A stretch of DNA of 64,000 nt from the NCBI GenBank assembly GCA_964016885.1, contig OZ024742.1, positions 21,886,001 to 21,950,000 of the forward strand, in the 5' to 3' direction. The notes beneath the pieces were generated by a model, which did no database searches, was not told the DNA's origin, and was given only the letters and a program-made list of their open reading frames with translations. Shown here piece by piece: positions 1 to 12,903 of this stretch. The DNA comes from Eledone cirrhosa (taxonomy: Eukaryota). Every line of letters begins with the position of its first letter. Position 1 is the first letter of the stretch. The translations under genes and the position numbers were made by a program.

Positions 1-40
1 GGACGTAACTCAATACAACAAGAATATTTAGTCTGGCATT

Positions 41-407
41 ATACTACTCCAACCTCTACTGCTATACTACTGTTATACTATAGCAGCCTCTACTGCTATA
101 CTACTGCAGTCTCTACTGCTATACTACTGCTATACTACTCCAACCACTACTGCTATACTACTCCAGCCTCTACTGCTATACTACTCCAACCTCTACTGCT
201 ATACTACTGCTATACTACTCCAGCCTCTACTGCTATACTACTCCAGCCTCTACTGCTATACTACTCCAGCCTCTACTGCTATACTACTCCAACCTCTACT
301 GCTATACTACTCCAGCCTCTACTGCTATACTACTCCAGCCTCTACTGCTATACTACTCCAGCCTCTACTGCTATACTACTCCAACCTCTACTGCAGCCTC
401 TACTGCT
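41..407. repeat. Minisatellite, ~23-bp unit (cctctactgctatactactccag), in last intron of protease gene A
   Basis: Unit visibly repeated about 15 times with a/g variants. Confidence 0.9.
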
Positions 408-621
408 TAGCTCAGCAGTATAACAAAAGTATTACAAATATTAGTCATTATTTCTTACATTTTCTTTTTTCTTTCTCATGTTGACATTTTTTTTTTTAAT
501 ATAAACGAAGCCATGATATTGCAGATAGTGTTTAGCATGCTCCACTAGAGGAATATTTTATGAATGATTGATGACAATAAAACAATAATATATATATTTC
601 TTCTCTTTGTTATTTCTGAAG

Positions 622-1053
622 GGTGATTCTGGGACACCTTTGATGTGCAGACGTCAATCCGATAATGAATTAGTTGTGGCAGGCATTACTTCGTTTGGGT
701 ATAACGATTGCCAGAATGGTGTGGCTATCTATATAAAAGTTGCTGATTACCTTGCATGGATCAATTATATGAGAGAACATCCGAATGAGGCGCCAACAAA
801 TAAACCCTTAATCTGTCCAACACAACCAGAAATTAAAAACGACGAACCTCGTCGAATTGGTACAAAAGAGCGGTTTTATAATTATGATAATCATGACGAC
901 GATGAAGACGAGGGCGATGAAGAAGATGCAGAAGAAAATTCAGAGCGTGACGCTGAATATCATATATATAATATGGATTATAACAAGATTGGTCACGATG
1001 TATTTCATTTCATACATTCCTTTATCAGAGGTGCCCATGTGGTTAATCAATAA
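622..1053 (+). CDS. Last coding exon of S1 serine protease gene A with ~90-aa acidic/His-rich C-terminal extension
   Basis: Pyrimidine tract + AG at 620-621, phase 0; encodes GDSGTPLMC...VAGITSFG..DC..GVAIYIKV..YLAWI; same exon start as gene C (40627); TAA 1051-1053. Confidence 0.9.
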   Translation, partial: GDSGTPLMCRRQSDNELVVAGITSFGYNDCQNGVAIYIKVADYLAWINYMREHPNEAPTNKPLICPTQPEIKNDEPRRIGTKERFYNYDNHDDDEDEGDEEDAEENSERDAEYHIYNMDYNKIGHDVFHFIHSFIRGAHVVNQ

Positions 1054-1247
1054 AATAAACCAAAAACAAACATAACAACAATACGTATTGCTTCAAATAA
1101 TGATTGTTTCTCGGGGCATCTTGTGACCGGAATATCTGAATATCTAAGTCTATGTAATAACTTTTACTGGTTAAAATAGTTAATTACAGACGAAAATGTG
1201 TTGTTTTCACTTATTCCTTATTGCTTTCCATAAACGGTTAGTTCGCT

Positions 1248-1261
1248 AATAAAAGAATAAA
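1248..1261 (+). promoter_or_regulatory. Candidate polyadenylation signals of gene A
   Basis: AATAAA at 1248-1253 and 1256-1261 (also 1049-1059) downstream of stop. Confidence 0.5.
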
Positions 1262-1504
1262 AGATTATATCTTTGTTATGTTACAGAATACATCTATTAT
1301 CAGGTATATAAGTGAAGCCAGTTAGACTTCCTTAATACTGAATATATCTCTTTATATCAAGTTATAGATAACATTCTTTTTCTAATAGAGTTAATAACGT
1401 GTATATATATATATATGTGTATGTAAGTATGTATGTAAGTATGTATCTATGTATGTATCTGTGTGTGTATGCATGTATGTATGTAGGTATGTATGTATGT
1501 ATGT

Positions 1505-2230
1505 TCTTCTCGTTTTATAATTTCACACATTTTTGCCAATAGTGAAAGAGTCGGTTTCTAACATAGATACAAGACTCTCTCATGGGAAGTTACACAACAT
1601 CAACTAGGTAGATATGTAGGCATGTCTGCATGCATGCATGTGTGTGCAGGTATGGATGTTATTGTATGTGTCGATGTGGATGTTTTGAGTTGTATGTGTG
1701 CATGCACATACACTTTGTACCTGTGCAGTTATTAGATGCAGATTTTTTGGAATGTTTTACATATTTTTACTGTTCCATTAATGGATTGTACTTGTAATTT
1801 CCTAACTAGTTGTGTTCTTTCTGTTCCTGTGAAGCCCAGCTTCTCAAGATTTGTATTGGGGCAGTAACTAACATTGCCCAGTAACTAACATTGGCAGTAA
1901 CTCCCAGTGCCCCAATAATCGCAGGCATAAATCTGAAGGTGTAATCAGGGTGGAGTATCTGCAGATTCCTCATTAGTTCTGCATAGATATTCTCCTTTTC
2001 GCTAATCTATGATATTATATTGGCGTCTGCTGGGCAGCTAACTTGCACTACTGTGCATGCCTTCTTTTCCCTGTCCCATGTCATTATATCTGGTCTGCTA
2101 TGCCTGCATTTTATTGGGGTTTTACTGGAACATTCCACCAGTACTCTTTCATATTAAGTATATGTATGTCTTCCACATTGCTGTAGCTTTTAATGTGTTT
2201 ATTATCGGGGCTATCTTTTCTGCGGATTGC

Positions 2231-2232
<2 letters not shown>
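1505..2232 (-). mobile_element. 5'-truncated 3' fragment of R4/Dong-like non-LTR retrotransposon (copy 1)
   Basis: Aligns with 2311-3015 (endonuclease region + 3' UTR); flanked by (TATG)n on both sides. Confidence 0.85.
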
Positions 2233-2261
<29 letters not shown>

Positions 2262-2310
2262 TGTATGTATGTATGTATGTATGTATGTATGTATGTATGT
2301 ATGTATGTAT

Positions 2311-4411
2311 GTTCTTTTGGTTTTATAATTTCACAAAGTGTTACCGATAGAGAGAGTGAGTCGGTTTCTAACATAGATACAAGATTCTCTCATTGGAATT
2401 TACACAACATCAACTAGGTAGATATGTATGTATGCATGCATGTGTAGATATGGATGTTATTGTATATGTGGATGTGTATATTTTGAGTTGTATGTGGGCA
2501 TGTGTATATGCTTTGTATCTCTACATGTGTATATGCAGTTATTAGAGGCAACATTTTTGGAATGTTTTACATATTTTTACTGTTCCATTAATTGATTGTA
2601 CTTTTAGTTTCCTAACTAGCTGTTTTCTTTCTGTTCCTGTGAAGCCCAGCTTCTCAAGATTTGTATTGAGGCAGTTACTAACATATCCCAGTGCCCCAAT
2701 AATCACAGGCATAAATCTGAAGGTGTAATCAGGGTGGAGTATCTGCAGATTTCTCATCAGTTCTGCATAAATATTCTCCTTTTCACTAATCTTTGATATT
2801 ATATTGGCATCTGCTGGGCAGCTAATTTCCACTACTGTGCATGTTTTCTTCTCCCTGTCCCATATCATAATATCTGGTCTGTTATGCCTGCATTTTATTG
2901 GGGTTTTTACTGGAACATTCCACCAGTACTCTTTCATATTATGTACATAGATGTCTTCCACATTGTTGTAGCTTTTAATGTGTTTATTATCGGGCTATCT
3001 TTTTTACGAACTGCATTGTACAGTGTTTTGGCCCCTACATCATGCCTCATGTGTAGATAGTACCGCGATGACATCTTTGGGCAGCTGCTGATGACATGGG
3101 TGATATCCTCGATGTTAGTTCTGCAGAGTCTGCACTTGTTATCACATCTAGGTGTTTTGCCTGCATCCCTATCTCTTTTGTGAATCAGGTATTTCGTGCT
3201 AATCTCCTTTCCGTGGATAGCAAAAGCGTATCCTTCAAAGTGGGAGCCAATGTAGTGCTTGTTGGTCCAAGATAGACTACTTTCCTTATCTATATTACTC
3301 TCACTCTGGAGCTTCCTGGCAAAATATCCATGCATGATTTTTTGCTGATAGGCATGCAGTTTTCCATCCATGGATTCACTGCTATTCTGCTGAGCGACAT
3401 CCCTGGGTGTGAGTTTTTGATTATCACACAGGGAATATCTCTCAAGGAGTTCCTTCCCAACTCTCATGATCTTATCTGTTTCATGCAGATAGACTTGCTC
3501 TAGAAGCGGGCTCCTGCGCTTCGAGGTTCGTAGATGTTGTCGGAGAGATATGATGCGACATTCAAATGTTGTCTGGACTGATGTTAGGCTTCTGCCTCCC
3601 TGCTTACGTTTCAAGTAAAGGCGGTCTATGTCACTGTTGATGTGGAAGTTTCCGGTGTTGTTCAGAATTTTTCGAGTTCCAACATCAACTGCTCGGATTT
3701 CGTCTATCGTCCAATTGAGTATTCCAAACGTTGGTGTTAGGACAGGCACAGCAAACACATTGTGAGCCACTGTTTTGTTTTGCGCAGAGAGTTCCGATGA
3801 CCAGATCTTTCTTAATCGGGTGTAGTATTCCCTGGTTACGCGTTCTTTATTACAGATACCATTATAGGATATGTCCTCATCTATCCCCAGGTATCTGTAG
3901 CAGTCCTCATCAGATATCGGTGAAACAGTTAGATCATTGATGACAATGTTGCTAGATTGGGTTGTTGTTTTTCCCCGCTTTACAGTCATGTATGAGCATT
4001 TATCTTGGCCAAACTCCATTCCTATATCCTTTGAGAATGTTGTAACCAGGTCAAGATTTTTCTTCATCCCATCCATGTTCTTGGCATAGAGTTTCAGATC
4101 GTCCACAAAGAAGTTATGGGTTAGGTTCGTATTTCTGTCCTCCTGTGAGCCGATGATGTATCCCTCACAATCTTGAGCAGAAAGGACCAGGAGTTTAATG
4201 ACAAGATGAACAATATCACAGAGAGACTGTCCCCCTGAAATATACCCCTGCAATATTTTATTTTATCAGTGTAAATAGAGTCCTCCCTCTCTGTCTTTAA
4301 CCTTAGGATAGTAGCCCAAGAAGAAGACAGCCTCTCTATGGCACTGACAATAATATCTGGGACTTCAGCAAGTTGGAGGGCCTCCATCATCCAAGAGTGG
4401 GGAACAGAATC
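2311..4411 (-). mobile_element. R4/Dong-clade non-LTR retrotransposon, 5'-truncated and frameshifted (RT, CCHC knuckle, RLE endonuclease) (copy 2)
   Basis: YDSVPHSW, GIFQGDSLS, FVDDLKLY, FGQDKC, YRYLG, RLY..RKQGGR, CRLC..NIEDITHVISSC, RHD, RPDI..VVEISCP across ORFs 4121-4390, 2934-4253, 2542-2961. Confidence 0.88.
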
Positions 4412-4696
4412 GTATGTATGTATGTGTGTGTGTATGTATGTATATATGCATGCATTTATGTATGTATCTATGTATGTATCTGTGTTATGGTGTAGGTCTT
4501 ACAATCGTAATATTGTGGTTTCATTTCCTGTACTGGTTTGTGTGTTGCGTCGTTCAATAAAAAAAAACCTTCCTTTCCCGTTGCAGTGGTATACTGAGCT
4601 GTACTTAGTACCAGCAGTACCCTGGGATGAACTGACATCCTGTCTCGGGGGAATTCTAGTACATTCATTCGTTTAACATCACGGAAACTGGGATAC

Positions 4697-4805
<109 letters not shown>

Positions 4806-5041
4806 CACGGGTGTGTATGATTGTGTATAGAAGATTATATTAATAAAAGGAATTCCAACTTTGTTTGATTTACTCGTTTTATTTACAATCCTTTAAAATT
4901 TATAATGGTATTAGAATGAAATAGTATGGTAGAATATTAAATGTTAAGTGTTAATTGAACAAGTACTTTCATGGTTTCGCAATCTTCAGGTTCATAATGT
5001 GTGGTGACAGTCAAGTTTGCACAGTTGAAAATTGCAAACTT

Positions 5042-5136
<95 letters not shown>

Positions 5137-5353
5137 ATATATGTGTATGTATGTGTGTGTGTTCATTTACGGTTGGTGGTTGACCAATGGATAGAACTGG
5201 TCATTCCTTTTAGTTAGCCATGATGCAATAGTAGGGAATTAATAAGCAGGTTGTGGGGACGATTATTCAAGACCTGAGAGTATGTAAGACGGTCGTAAGA
5301 ATGAAAACTCAATACCAAAGTAGAGTTTAAATATTCATTTATTGTGGCTAAGC

Positions 5354-5394
5354 CTTGTTACTCTGGAGTCTCACCTGCGTACTCAGCAGACAAG
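5354..5394 (-). ncRNA. Degenerate type I hammerhead motif within imperfect inverted repeat 5336-5464
   Basis: - strand CTTGT-CTGCTGA-GTACGCAGGT-GAGAC-TCCAGA-GTA-ACAAG: stems I and III pair, two core substitutions. Confidence 0.4.
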
Positions 5395-5472
5395 ACTGGT
5401 GATCCTGTGAGTGCGGAGTTGAAACTTTAGAGTTACAAAGCTCACCAAAAGCCATAATAAATGTATGTAATG

Positions 5473-5683
<211 letters not shown>

Positions 5684-6784
5684 ATGTATAGGAGATGAAT
5701 AAATTTGGTATAATACCAATTTCTTAGGAAAGGTCAGAGAAAATAATTATATTTTAATTAGATATATACAGTGGTGGTGAAACTAGGGAGGGGGTGGAAT
5801 TCCCGCCTCCAATAATTATATTTATATATAAACTACCGAAACTCACATATATCTAGATATGAGCTAGAACTCATGTACATGTGTTTATTGCATATCGAAG
5901 TTTTCTGACTATTTTAAGGTGGAAAGAGCTAAATTAATCACTACAACTAAATTGTCCAAATTTCCACTCCCCCACTCCAATTTAGAAATACTTCCACAGC
6001 CCCTGTTTATATGTTCCCCTGTACATGTGTATATATATATATATTTATATATAAATATATATATATATATCATGAATATTCTGGTGTTCGTGTTAATATA
6101 TTTTATTTATATATGTATGTATCTATGTACGCAAACATACATAGAAACATGTTTATAGTTAAACAAAGACAGAAACCTACATATAATCTAATATATGTCT
6201 ATTGGCTGCGAGAGATAATTTGTAAAGAAAGTATCCATCTTGATTCAATCACATAAACAATATTACGCTACACACTGAAAATATTCTGGTAGTTCATTTG
6301 TATATCTTATTTTCATGTTTTTGCTGTCACACTGTATAGACTACCTAATGATTGATATGCGTAGTATAACATTTGAAAATTATCATCGAAATATGACAGA
6401 AAATTGCGACAAAATTGAATTTAAAGAAATACCTGTATTTACCTGTACTGATTTCAGTGATATAGATATAGTAATTTATAGGTATGTGGCTTAGTTGTTA
6501 TGTGAACAACTACGAAGTTTTTACTGTTATTAGATGACAAACCAAAATTAACACACAGGTACATTATATGCGAAACCAATCATTAGTGCCATACCTCAAC
6601 CTTTTATATATATATATATATATATATATACTCTTTTACCTGTTCCAGCCATCCGGCTGAGGCCATATATATATATACAAAATTAAGATAAATCAAATGA
6701 ATTTAATCTAAATCAAAATTATGGGTGTCATGCCAGAAAGACATGCGCCATATCACTCGCAAAATAAGCTCTAAGATTCTAACG

Positions 6785-6843
6785 AGGTAACTAAATAAAG
6801 TTGACCAGAACTTCAAGTTCTGGTCAACTTTATTTAGTTACCT
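6785..6843. repeat. Perfect 29-bp-arm palindrome with 1-nt spacer
   Basis: aggtaactaaataaagttgaccagaactt-c-aagttctggtcaactttatttagttacct. Confidence 0.9.
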
Positions 6844-6926
6844 ACCTAGCTATGTGTGGTTACACACTTGTAAAAATTATTTCCTGTGATTATTCATATT
6901 TATTTATGTGTTAATCAATTTCTAGT

Positions 6927-7030
<104 letters not shown>

Positions 7031-7173
7031 TATATGCAGTAAGAAACACAGTAAACCGAGTGTCTAATATTACAAGGGTTGAAAGACCACATTTGTTTGA
7101 AATATTTAACCATGAAGCAGACAGAATGATAAAATAAAATTATATTATACAAACGGCCTCAATAACAATTATA

Positions 7174-7253
7174 TCTCTCGGACAGATTATCCCTAATCTG
7201 TTTCGCCCTGAGTGTGTTTGCAGCAGATAATCATGGGCATCATCAGCGAGAGA
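7174..7253 (-). ncRNA. Type I hammerhead ribozyme (mirror copy)
   Basis: Reverse complement of 7407-7486 with intact core and stems. Confidence 0.8.
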
Positions 7254-7406
7254 ATCTGATTAAATGCGACAAACACTATGTACCACAGAAAGATGAATTT
7301 ATAACCTCGTGCGCCGCTAGTCAAACGTGGTAAGCGTGTATTGGTTAGAAACAACAGTCCAACACACGCAACTTAATCAAATTCCAACAAACGCATTTAA
7401 TCAGAT

Positions 7407-7486
7407 TCTCTCGCTGATGATGCCCATGATTATCTGTTGCAAACACACTCAGGGCGAAACAGATTAGGGATAATCTGTCCGAGAGA
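7407..7486 (+). ncRNA. Type I hammerhead ribozyme
   Basis: Stem I TCTCTCG/CGAGAGA; CTGATGA 7414-7420; extra U; stem II GCCC/GGGC; GAAA; stem III ACAGATTA-GGGA-TAATCTGT; GUC triplet 7477-7479. Confidence 0.85.
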
Positions 7487-7719
7487 TATAATTGTTATTG
7501 AGGCGGTTTGTATAATATAATTTTATTTTATCATTCTGTCTGCTTCTTGGTTAAATATTTCAAACAAATGTGGTCTTTCAACCCTTGTAATATTAGACAC
7601 ACGGTTTACTGTGTTTCTTACTGCATATATATTATTATTATACGGCTCAGTATTTTATACTTGGAGCTTAATAATTACAGGGTTTCAATAAGAGTTATTA
7701 ACTCTAATTTTCATTTATA

Positions 7720-7773
<54 letters not shown>

Positions 7774-7827
7774 CGAGCCCTCTTTGGATTTTAGTCTTCA
7801 AATTTATTATTATTAATATATATATAT

Positions 7828-7931
<104 letters not shown>

Positions 7932-7958
7932 ATATATAAATTTTATATATATATATAT

Positions 7959-8155
7959 AGGAAAAGAGTCAGGACCCCGACGCCAGAACTCAAGCTGTTT
8001 CCACAGCTATTTCTAGTCCAGAAATAGCTGTCGAAACGGCTTGAGCTCTGGCGTCGGGGTACTGACTCTTTTCCTATTACCCACTCTACTTCCCAAAGTA
8101 TCAAGTACTCTGGTGCGTTATGGCTCACCTGGTTCCTTACCACACTTCCTTCGTT
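7959..8155 (+). mobile_element. (TA)n-inserted asymmetric palindromic element (family P), copy 1
   Basis: ~55-60-bp inverted arms aggaaaagagtcaggaccccgac...gtcgggg..ctgactcttttcct plus ~80-bp one-sided tail; at least 8 copies in window. Confidence 0.8.
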
Positions 8156-9029
8156 ATATATATATATACGAATGTGGTGGTGTTGGTGGGGATTGTAGTG
8201 TTTGTGGTAGAGGTGGCCTTCACTTAGCGAGAAAAACGTCCAATTCCAACGTGAAAGGTTGGGGAGAAGGACATAGTATTAACTGTAAATTAAAAGTTAA
8301 AAAATCATAGATATATTGAATTTATAATTTAGAGAAAGTTAAATGGAGAGCGAAATATAAAAACGTAGACTGGTGGGTGTGTTAAAAGGGGATGTGTGGG
8401 GAGATAATACCAAACATTCAATCAATTATATGTATGTATGGTCCTGTAACTACGGTATTTCTGGAGCATTTCATAAACCTGATGAAGCCCATCTCATCTC
8501 CAGGTATGAACACAGCAGATTTCTTCCAGAGAAGGATAAAGAGAGTGAGAGAAAATAAGTGAGAAAGAGATATAGAGAAAGAATCTACTCCAGTACTTGG
8601 CTCGTACATTTTTATCGACCTGTAATTGATAAAAGGCAAAGTAGATCTCAATGGGATTCGACTCTGCTAATTCGACTCCTATTCAATCAGTTAGTCTGAT
8701 AGTAAACATATTTTCTGAATGAATGGATGTAGTAACATGTGTATCGATTTCTATTTGCAGTTAAGGTCAAGGTAAATAAATCATTACTTTTAATTACATT
8801 TTAATTACAGTGATATTGAAATAGAACTATTGTAGGAGAGGAAATATTGTTGTGTACTATCTTATGTTAGATAAAATATGTTTAATCAATCACAACCAAA
8901 ATCCGTAACTACGACTTATATTTTTATAAACAATTAACTTCTATTCAACATTTATTAACCACCGTACGCATCCATTTATATAAACCTTTCTTTTTTTAAC
9001 GAGATCCCAAACCTCATTCACTTACTGAG

Positions 9030-9235
9030 GGTGGTGGAACTCATCAAATCGAACAAAAGGAAAAAATATTTTCTTTGGTCTTTCCATTGCTGGTACTATC
9101 AAGCGATTGCAACTCCTGGCAGAACCAACAACGCGAAATAGTCTTTCTCAATGACATAACACATCAGCCGATCCGGAAATCGAACTCGCAACCTCAGGAT
9201 TGGTAATCCAATTCTCTAACCCCTATGCCACGTAT
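9030..9235 (-). mobile_element. Old tRNA-derived CORE-type SINE (related copies ~34585-34800, 35215-35335, 46430-46645)
   Basis: Copies share aagtgtcttgctcaaggac (reverse complement of CORE-like box) and a gaatcgaactc B-box-like motif. Confidence 0.55.
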
Positions 9236-10602
9236 TTCTGTTGCTACGGCATCAATAGTATAAATTAAACCCCATATGAAAGATAAGAATATTCTGCCGC
9301 GCAGTTGTATAACATTAGAAACAGGAAATAGTTATTGATTAAAGTCTAACTAGATCAGAATCAATCACAACATATTTTTGTAAACAATCAACTTCGATTC
9401 CTCATTTGTTAACCTATGTATCACTCATACAAACCTACTTAGTCATATATATAGTTTAAATTAAACCCTACTTCAAAGATAATATTCTGCCACATAAATT
9501 TATTAACTTAGAAGCAGAAAATAGTTATTGATCAAAGTCGTATTAGATTACTATAAAATCTATAGCTAAAGATATGTTAATGTTTTAGCAACAAATATTC
9601 ATATAGTTCAATAATGTCATTGCTCTATTTGTCCTACACAGCATATTTTCACTACAACAGATGGTATTCAACATCATTGTAATTAATTTTCAGAAAAAAA
9701 TTAACGAATTTGATCTGGGCTGTATGAAGGATGTGGAAGATTGGGAATGTTTTTCTTCGCCTCAAATTCTCTAATTGAAAGTTCCGAGGAGGAGCGTTAT
9801 CGTGGTGAAACACCCAATAACTTCTTAGCAGTGAAATTAATACAACACAAACATTGATCGACACAATTACAGATACTTCTGTAATAAGGGCTTTATCCTT
9901 TACAGCCCCTTCGACACCGGCAATATTGATGTTAGTTTTCAATTTAAAGTGTTGCATGTCAATTCTTGCAGTAGTGACATGTGCAGAGAGAGAAGTCTGG
10001 GAGAAACATAGTTCAGGAAATATCGATCGATTTTAAATTGAAAAATATAATGGGTAAACCCTTTGTCCCAAAAACGGTAGATTGATTTTTTTTTTCATCA
10101 TAATAGAAAGTTCTGGTCGATAAATGTTACAATTTTCATAATTAATACAATAATCGAACCCAGTATATGAGGATATACCATAAACAAGTAAACACGAAAC
10201 ACTGAAGGAAGTCAATCTCATATAGTAATTAAACTTTACCATATTACTTTAAAAATTGAATGCCAAATCCAACTGCCCAAATGGCTGAGACAGAGAGCAC
10301 CGGATTAGAGTAAAGGTGTTTTATATGTAACACAGGCTAATAAGTTCAAGAAGAATTAGTGCTTATTTGCATCGGGCTCGACCATTCGCTGACGCCAATA
10401 ATTTGAACATATTTTTACAACGTAATAAATAGCAATATATTTATATATATTAATATATATGTGTGTGTGTATATATATAAATATATATTATAACGAGTCG
10501 GGACACGACGGCGCATCTCTTGCCGTTTCAACAGCTAGTTCTAGACTTAATCCATTTCAATTTATAGACACACACACACACACACGCACATTATATATAT
10601 AT

Positions 10603-10761
10603 AAAGGAACCAGGAGGACCATAACGCAACAGAGTACTCGATACTTAGGGTAGTAGAGTGTGTAATAGGAAATGAGTCAGGACGCTACGGCCTAAATCTG
10701 AACTGTTCAGATCTAGCTGTCAAAACGGTCGGAGCTCAGCCTTCGGGGTCCTGACTATTTT

Positions 10762-10764
<3 letters not shown>
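10603..10764 (-). mobile_element. Family P copy (internally deleted)
   Basis: Tail and arm sequence match 7959-8155 in reverse; flanked by (TA)n. Confidence 0.75.
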
Positions 10765-10798
<34 letters not shown>

Positions 10799-10810
10799 GT
10801 AGTTACACAA

Positions 10811-10918
10811 CAGTTAGTTCACCATACAGAGAACAATTGTTTCACCTTAGCGGATCCTCAGCTCGTAATGAAGATCCGCTAAGGTGAAACAATTGTTCTT
10901 GGTATGGTGAACTAACTG
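10811..10918. mobile_element. Fold-back insert with hammerhead-like arms
   Basis: 50-bp inverted arms; - strand GAG-CTGAGGA-TCCGCTAAGGT-GAAAC-AATT-GTT-CTC; same family as 43636-43700. Confidence 0.65.
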
Positions 10919-11293
10919 CTGTATAACCACTTCTACCTAACTCGTCCCCATGGACTGAGTGCTCTACCACTACGGATATTACCTTCCAGTGTTCTACCAC
11001 TGTATATATATATATATATATATAAAACTTAGAGTTTTTCGTTCTCTCTCCTCTTCTCTGTCTCCCCTCTCTCTCTCTCTCTATCTTTCTCTCTCTGTTG
11101 TTCCGGTCTTTTTCTCTCTTTCCTTCTCTATCTTTTTCTTTCTCCGTAACCCAACGGTTTATTTTAAAAATAAAAATATCCAATACTAATAATATAATTA
11201 AAGCTACAACTCCACTATCCGGGAGCTTCCAACAGTAATGGTTGCATTCTTTAAGGGTATGTCAATATTTATTTATAAAACTGATCTATATTA

Positions 11294-11358
11294 TATTTTA
11301 TCTGATGAAAGCACACCATAATTTAACCTGGTGTCCTTGAAATATGTATAATGAAATA
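11294..11358 (+). ncRNA. Type I hammerhead ribozyme with minimal stem III
   Basis: Stem I TATTTTAT/ATGAAATA; CTGATGA 11302-11308; stem II AAGCACACCA/TGGTGTCCTT; GAAA-T-ATGT-A-TA (AUA site); AATAAA follows. Confidence 0.75.
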
Positions 11359-11398
11359 AATATGGTTTTATAAATATAGTTTCCATTTGTTAATATCG

Positions 11399-11484
<86 letters not shown>

Positions 11485-11496
11485 CGTGTGCGTGTG

Positions 11497-11664
<168 letters not shown>

Positions 11665-12107
11665 CGGTTTGTGTATGTGTGTGTATGTGTATTTGAATTG
11701 CATGACTTTTTTATACATTTCTTCTTGGAGCGACAGATAAGTAAATGGAATTGAATTCTATTAAAATGTATGCAATATTCGGAAATGGCAGAGAGATTGA
11801 TTACCGTCACAGCATGAAAGTGTAAATTGAAAACCTCTTTGTTTCTCTTCCGAAACAACTTACGCTGATTGCCTTTCATTGAAACTACAACTATAGGCGT
11901 ATTTCAATCAGCCATTTATAAACTTGATAATATAACAGTATTTTCTTCTCTCTTTCGGGAAATACGATACACTTGCAACATATCTAACTGTGTCATTTCC
12001 CCTTATTTTACTATCCTCTCTCTCTATCTATCACTCTCTGTACATACACAAACACAGACACACACACACATATATATATATACACACACACACATATATA
12101 TATACAG

Positions 12108-12178
<71 letters not shown>

Positions 12179-12181
12179 TAT

Positions 12182-12368
12182 TGGTAGATTGGCAGTATCG
12201 GTAGAGGGTCGGACGCCATGCTTTCCAGCATAGTTACGTCCCTTTACGATCTGAGTTCAAATCCCGCCGAGGTTGACTTTGCCTTTCATCCTTACGGGGT
12301 CGATAAAATAAAGTACCAGTAATGCACTGGGTAATTGCTGGCCTTGTGCCTAAAGTAGAAACAATTAT
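12182..12368 (+). mobile_element. Young tRNA-derived SINE (family S)
   Basis: tggcagtatcggtag A-box-like, gagttcaaatccc B-box, central gcctttcatcct..ggggtcgataaaataaagtaccag, 3' gtagaaaca(att). Confidence 0.85.
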
Positions 12369-12535
12369 TATCATTATTATTGTTGCTGTTATTATTATTT
12401 AAAGTTCGGAGGCCATAATCAATTAATTAAGTTAATACAGATTTATTTTAATCTCCGGTATACATATTTCACTGAGGAAGCGAGGGAAAAGGAAGTGGGG
12501 AAGGAAGGAATGGAGAAAGAAAAAAGAAAGAAGGA

Positions 12536-12582
<47 letters not shown>

Positions 12583-12599
12583 GAAGATAGAAAGAAAAC

Positions 12600-12903
12600 C
12601 GGGTGAGATCAGTGTTGTATTTAGAAATTGGGAGCCCCTCATACACAAAAAATTAGAAAACACAGCAAACTCTCCAATTTTACATATCAAAGTTACCTTG
12701 GTGCAAGTAATTGGAATTGGAAAAATATACATACAGGTATTAAATTAAAAAATTCTAAACATCCTAAAACAAAAAAAAACAGCTGAGGGCACATATAAAT
12801 TGCTACGGCCGTCGCTGGTGGATGCCCCCAGCGCCGGCCGTAATAATTTATATGGCCCGGAGCAATTTCCTCTCCCCCCCCCCCCCTATTAAATCTGGCC
12901 CTT
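12600..12903. mobile_element. hAT-type MITE, degenerate (family of 51817-52127)
   Basis: Internal similarity to 51817-52127; ends ttaaatctggccct. Confidence 0.6.

Noticed and set aside
4955-4995. - strand CTGAAGA-TTGC-GAAAC...GTA minimal hammerhead
   Set aside because: Stem I is offset by 3 nt and stem III loop is irregular; at best a relic
8479-8510. CTGATGA in a dispersed repeat
   Set aside because: No GAAA or stems; the related copy near 53693 reads CTGGTGG
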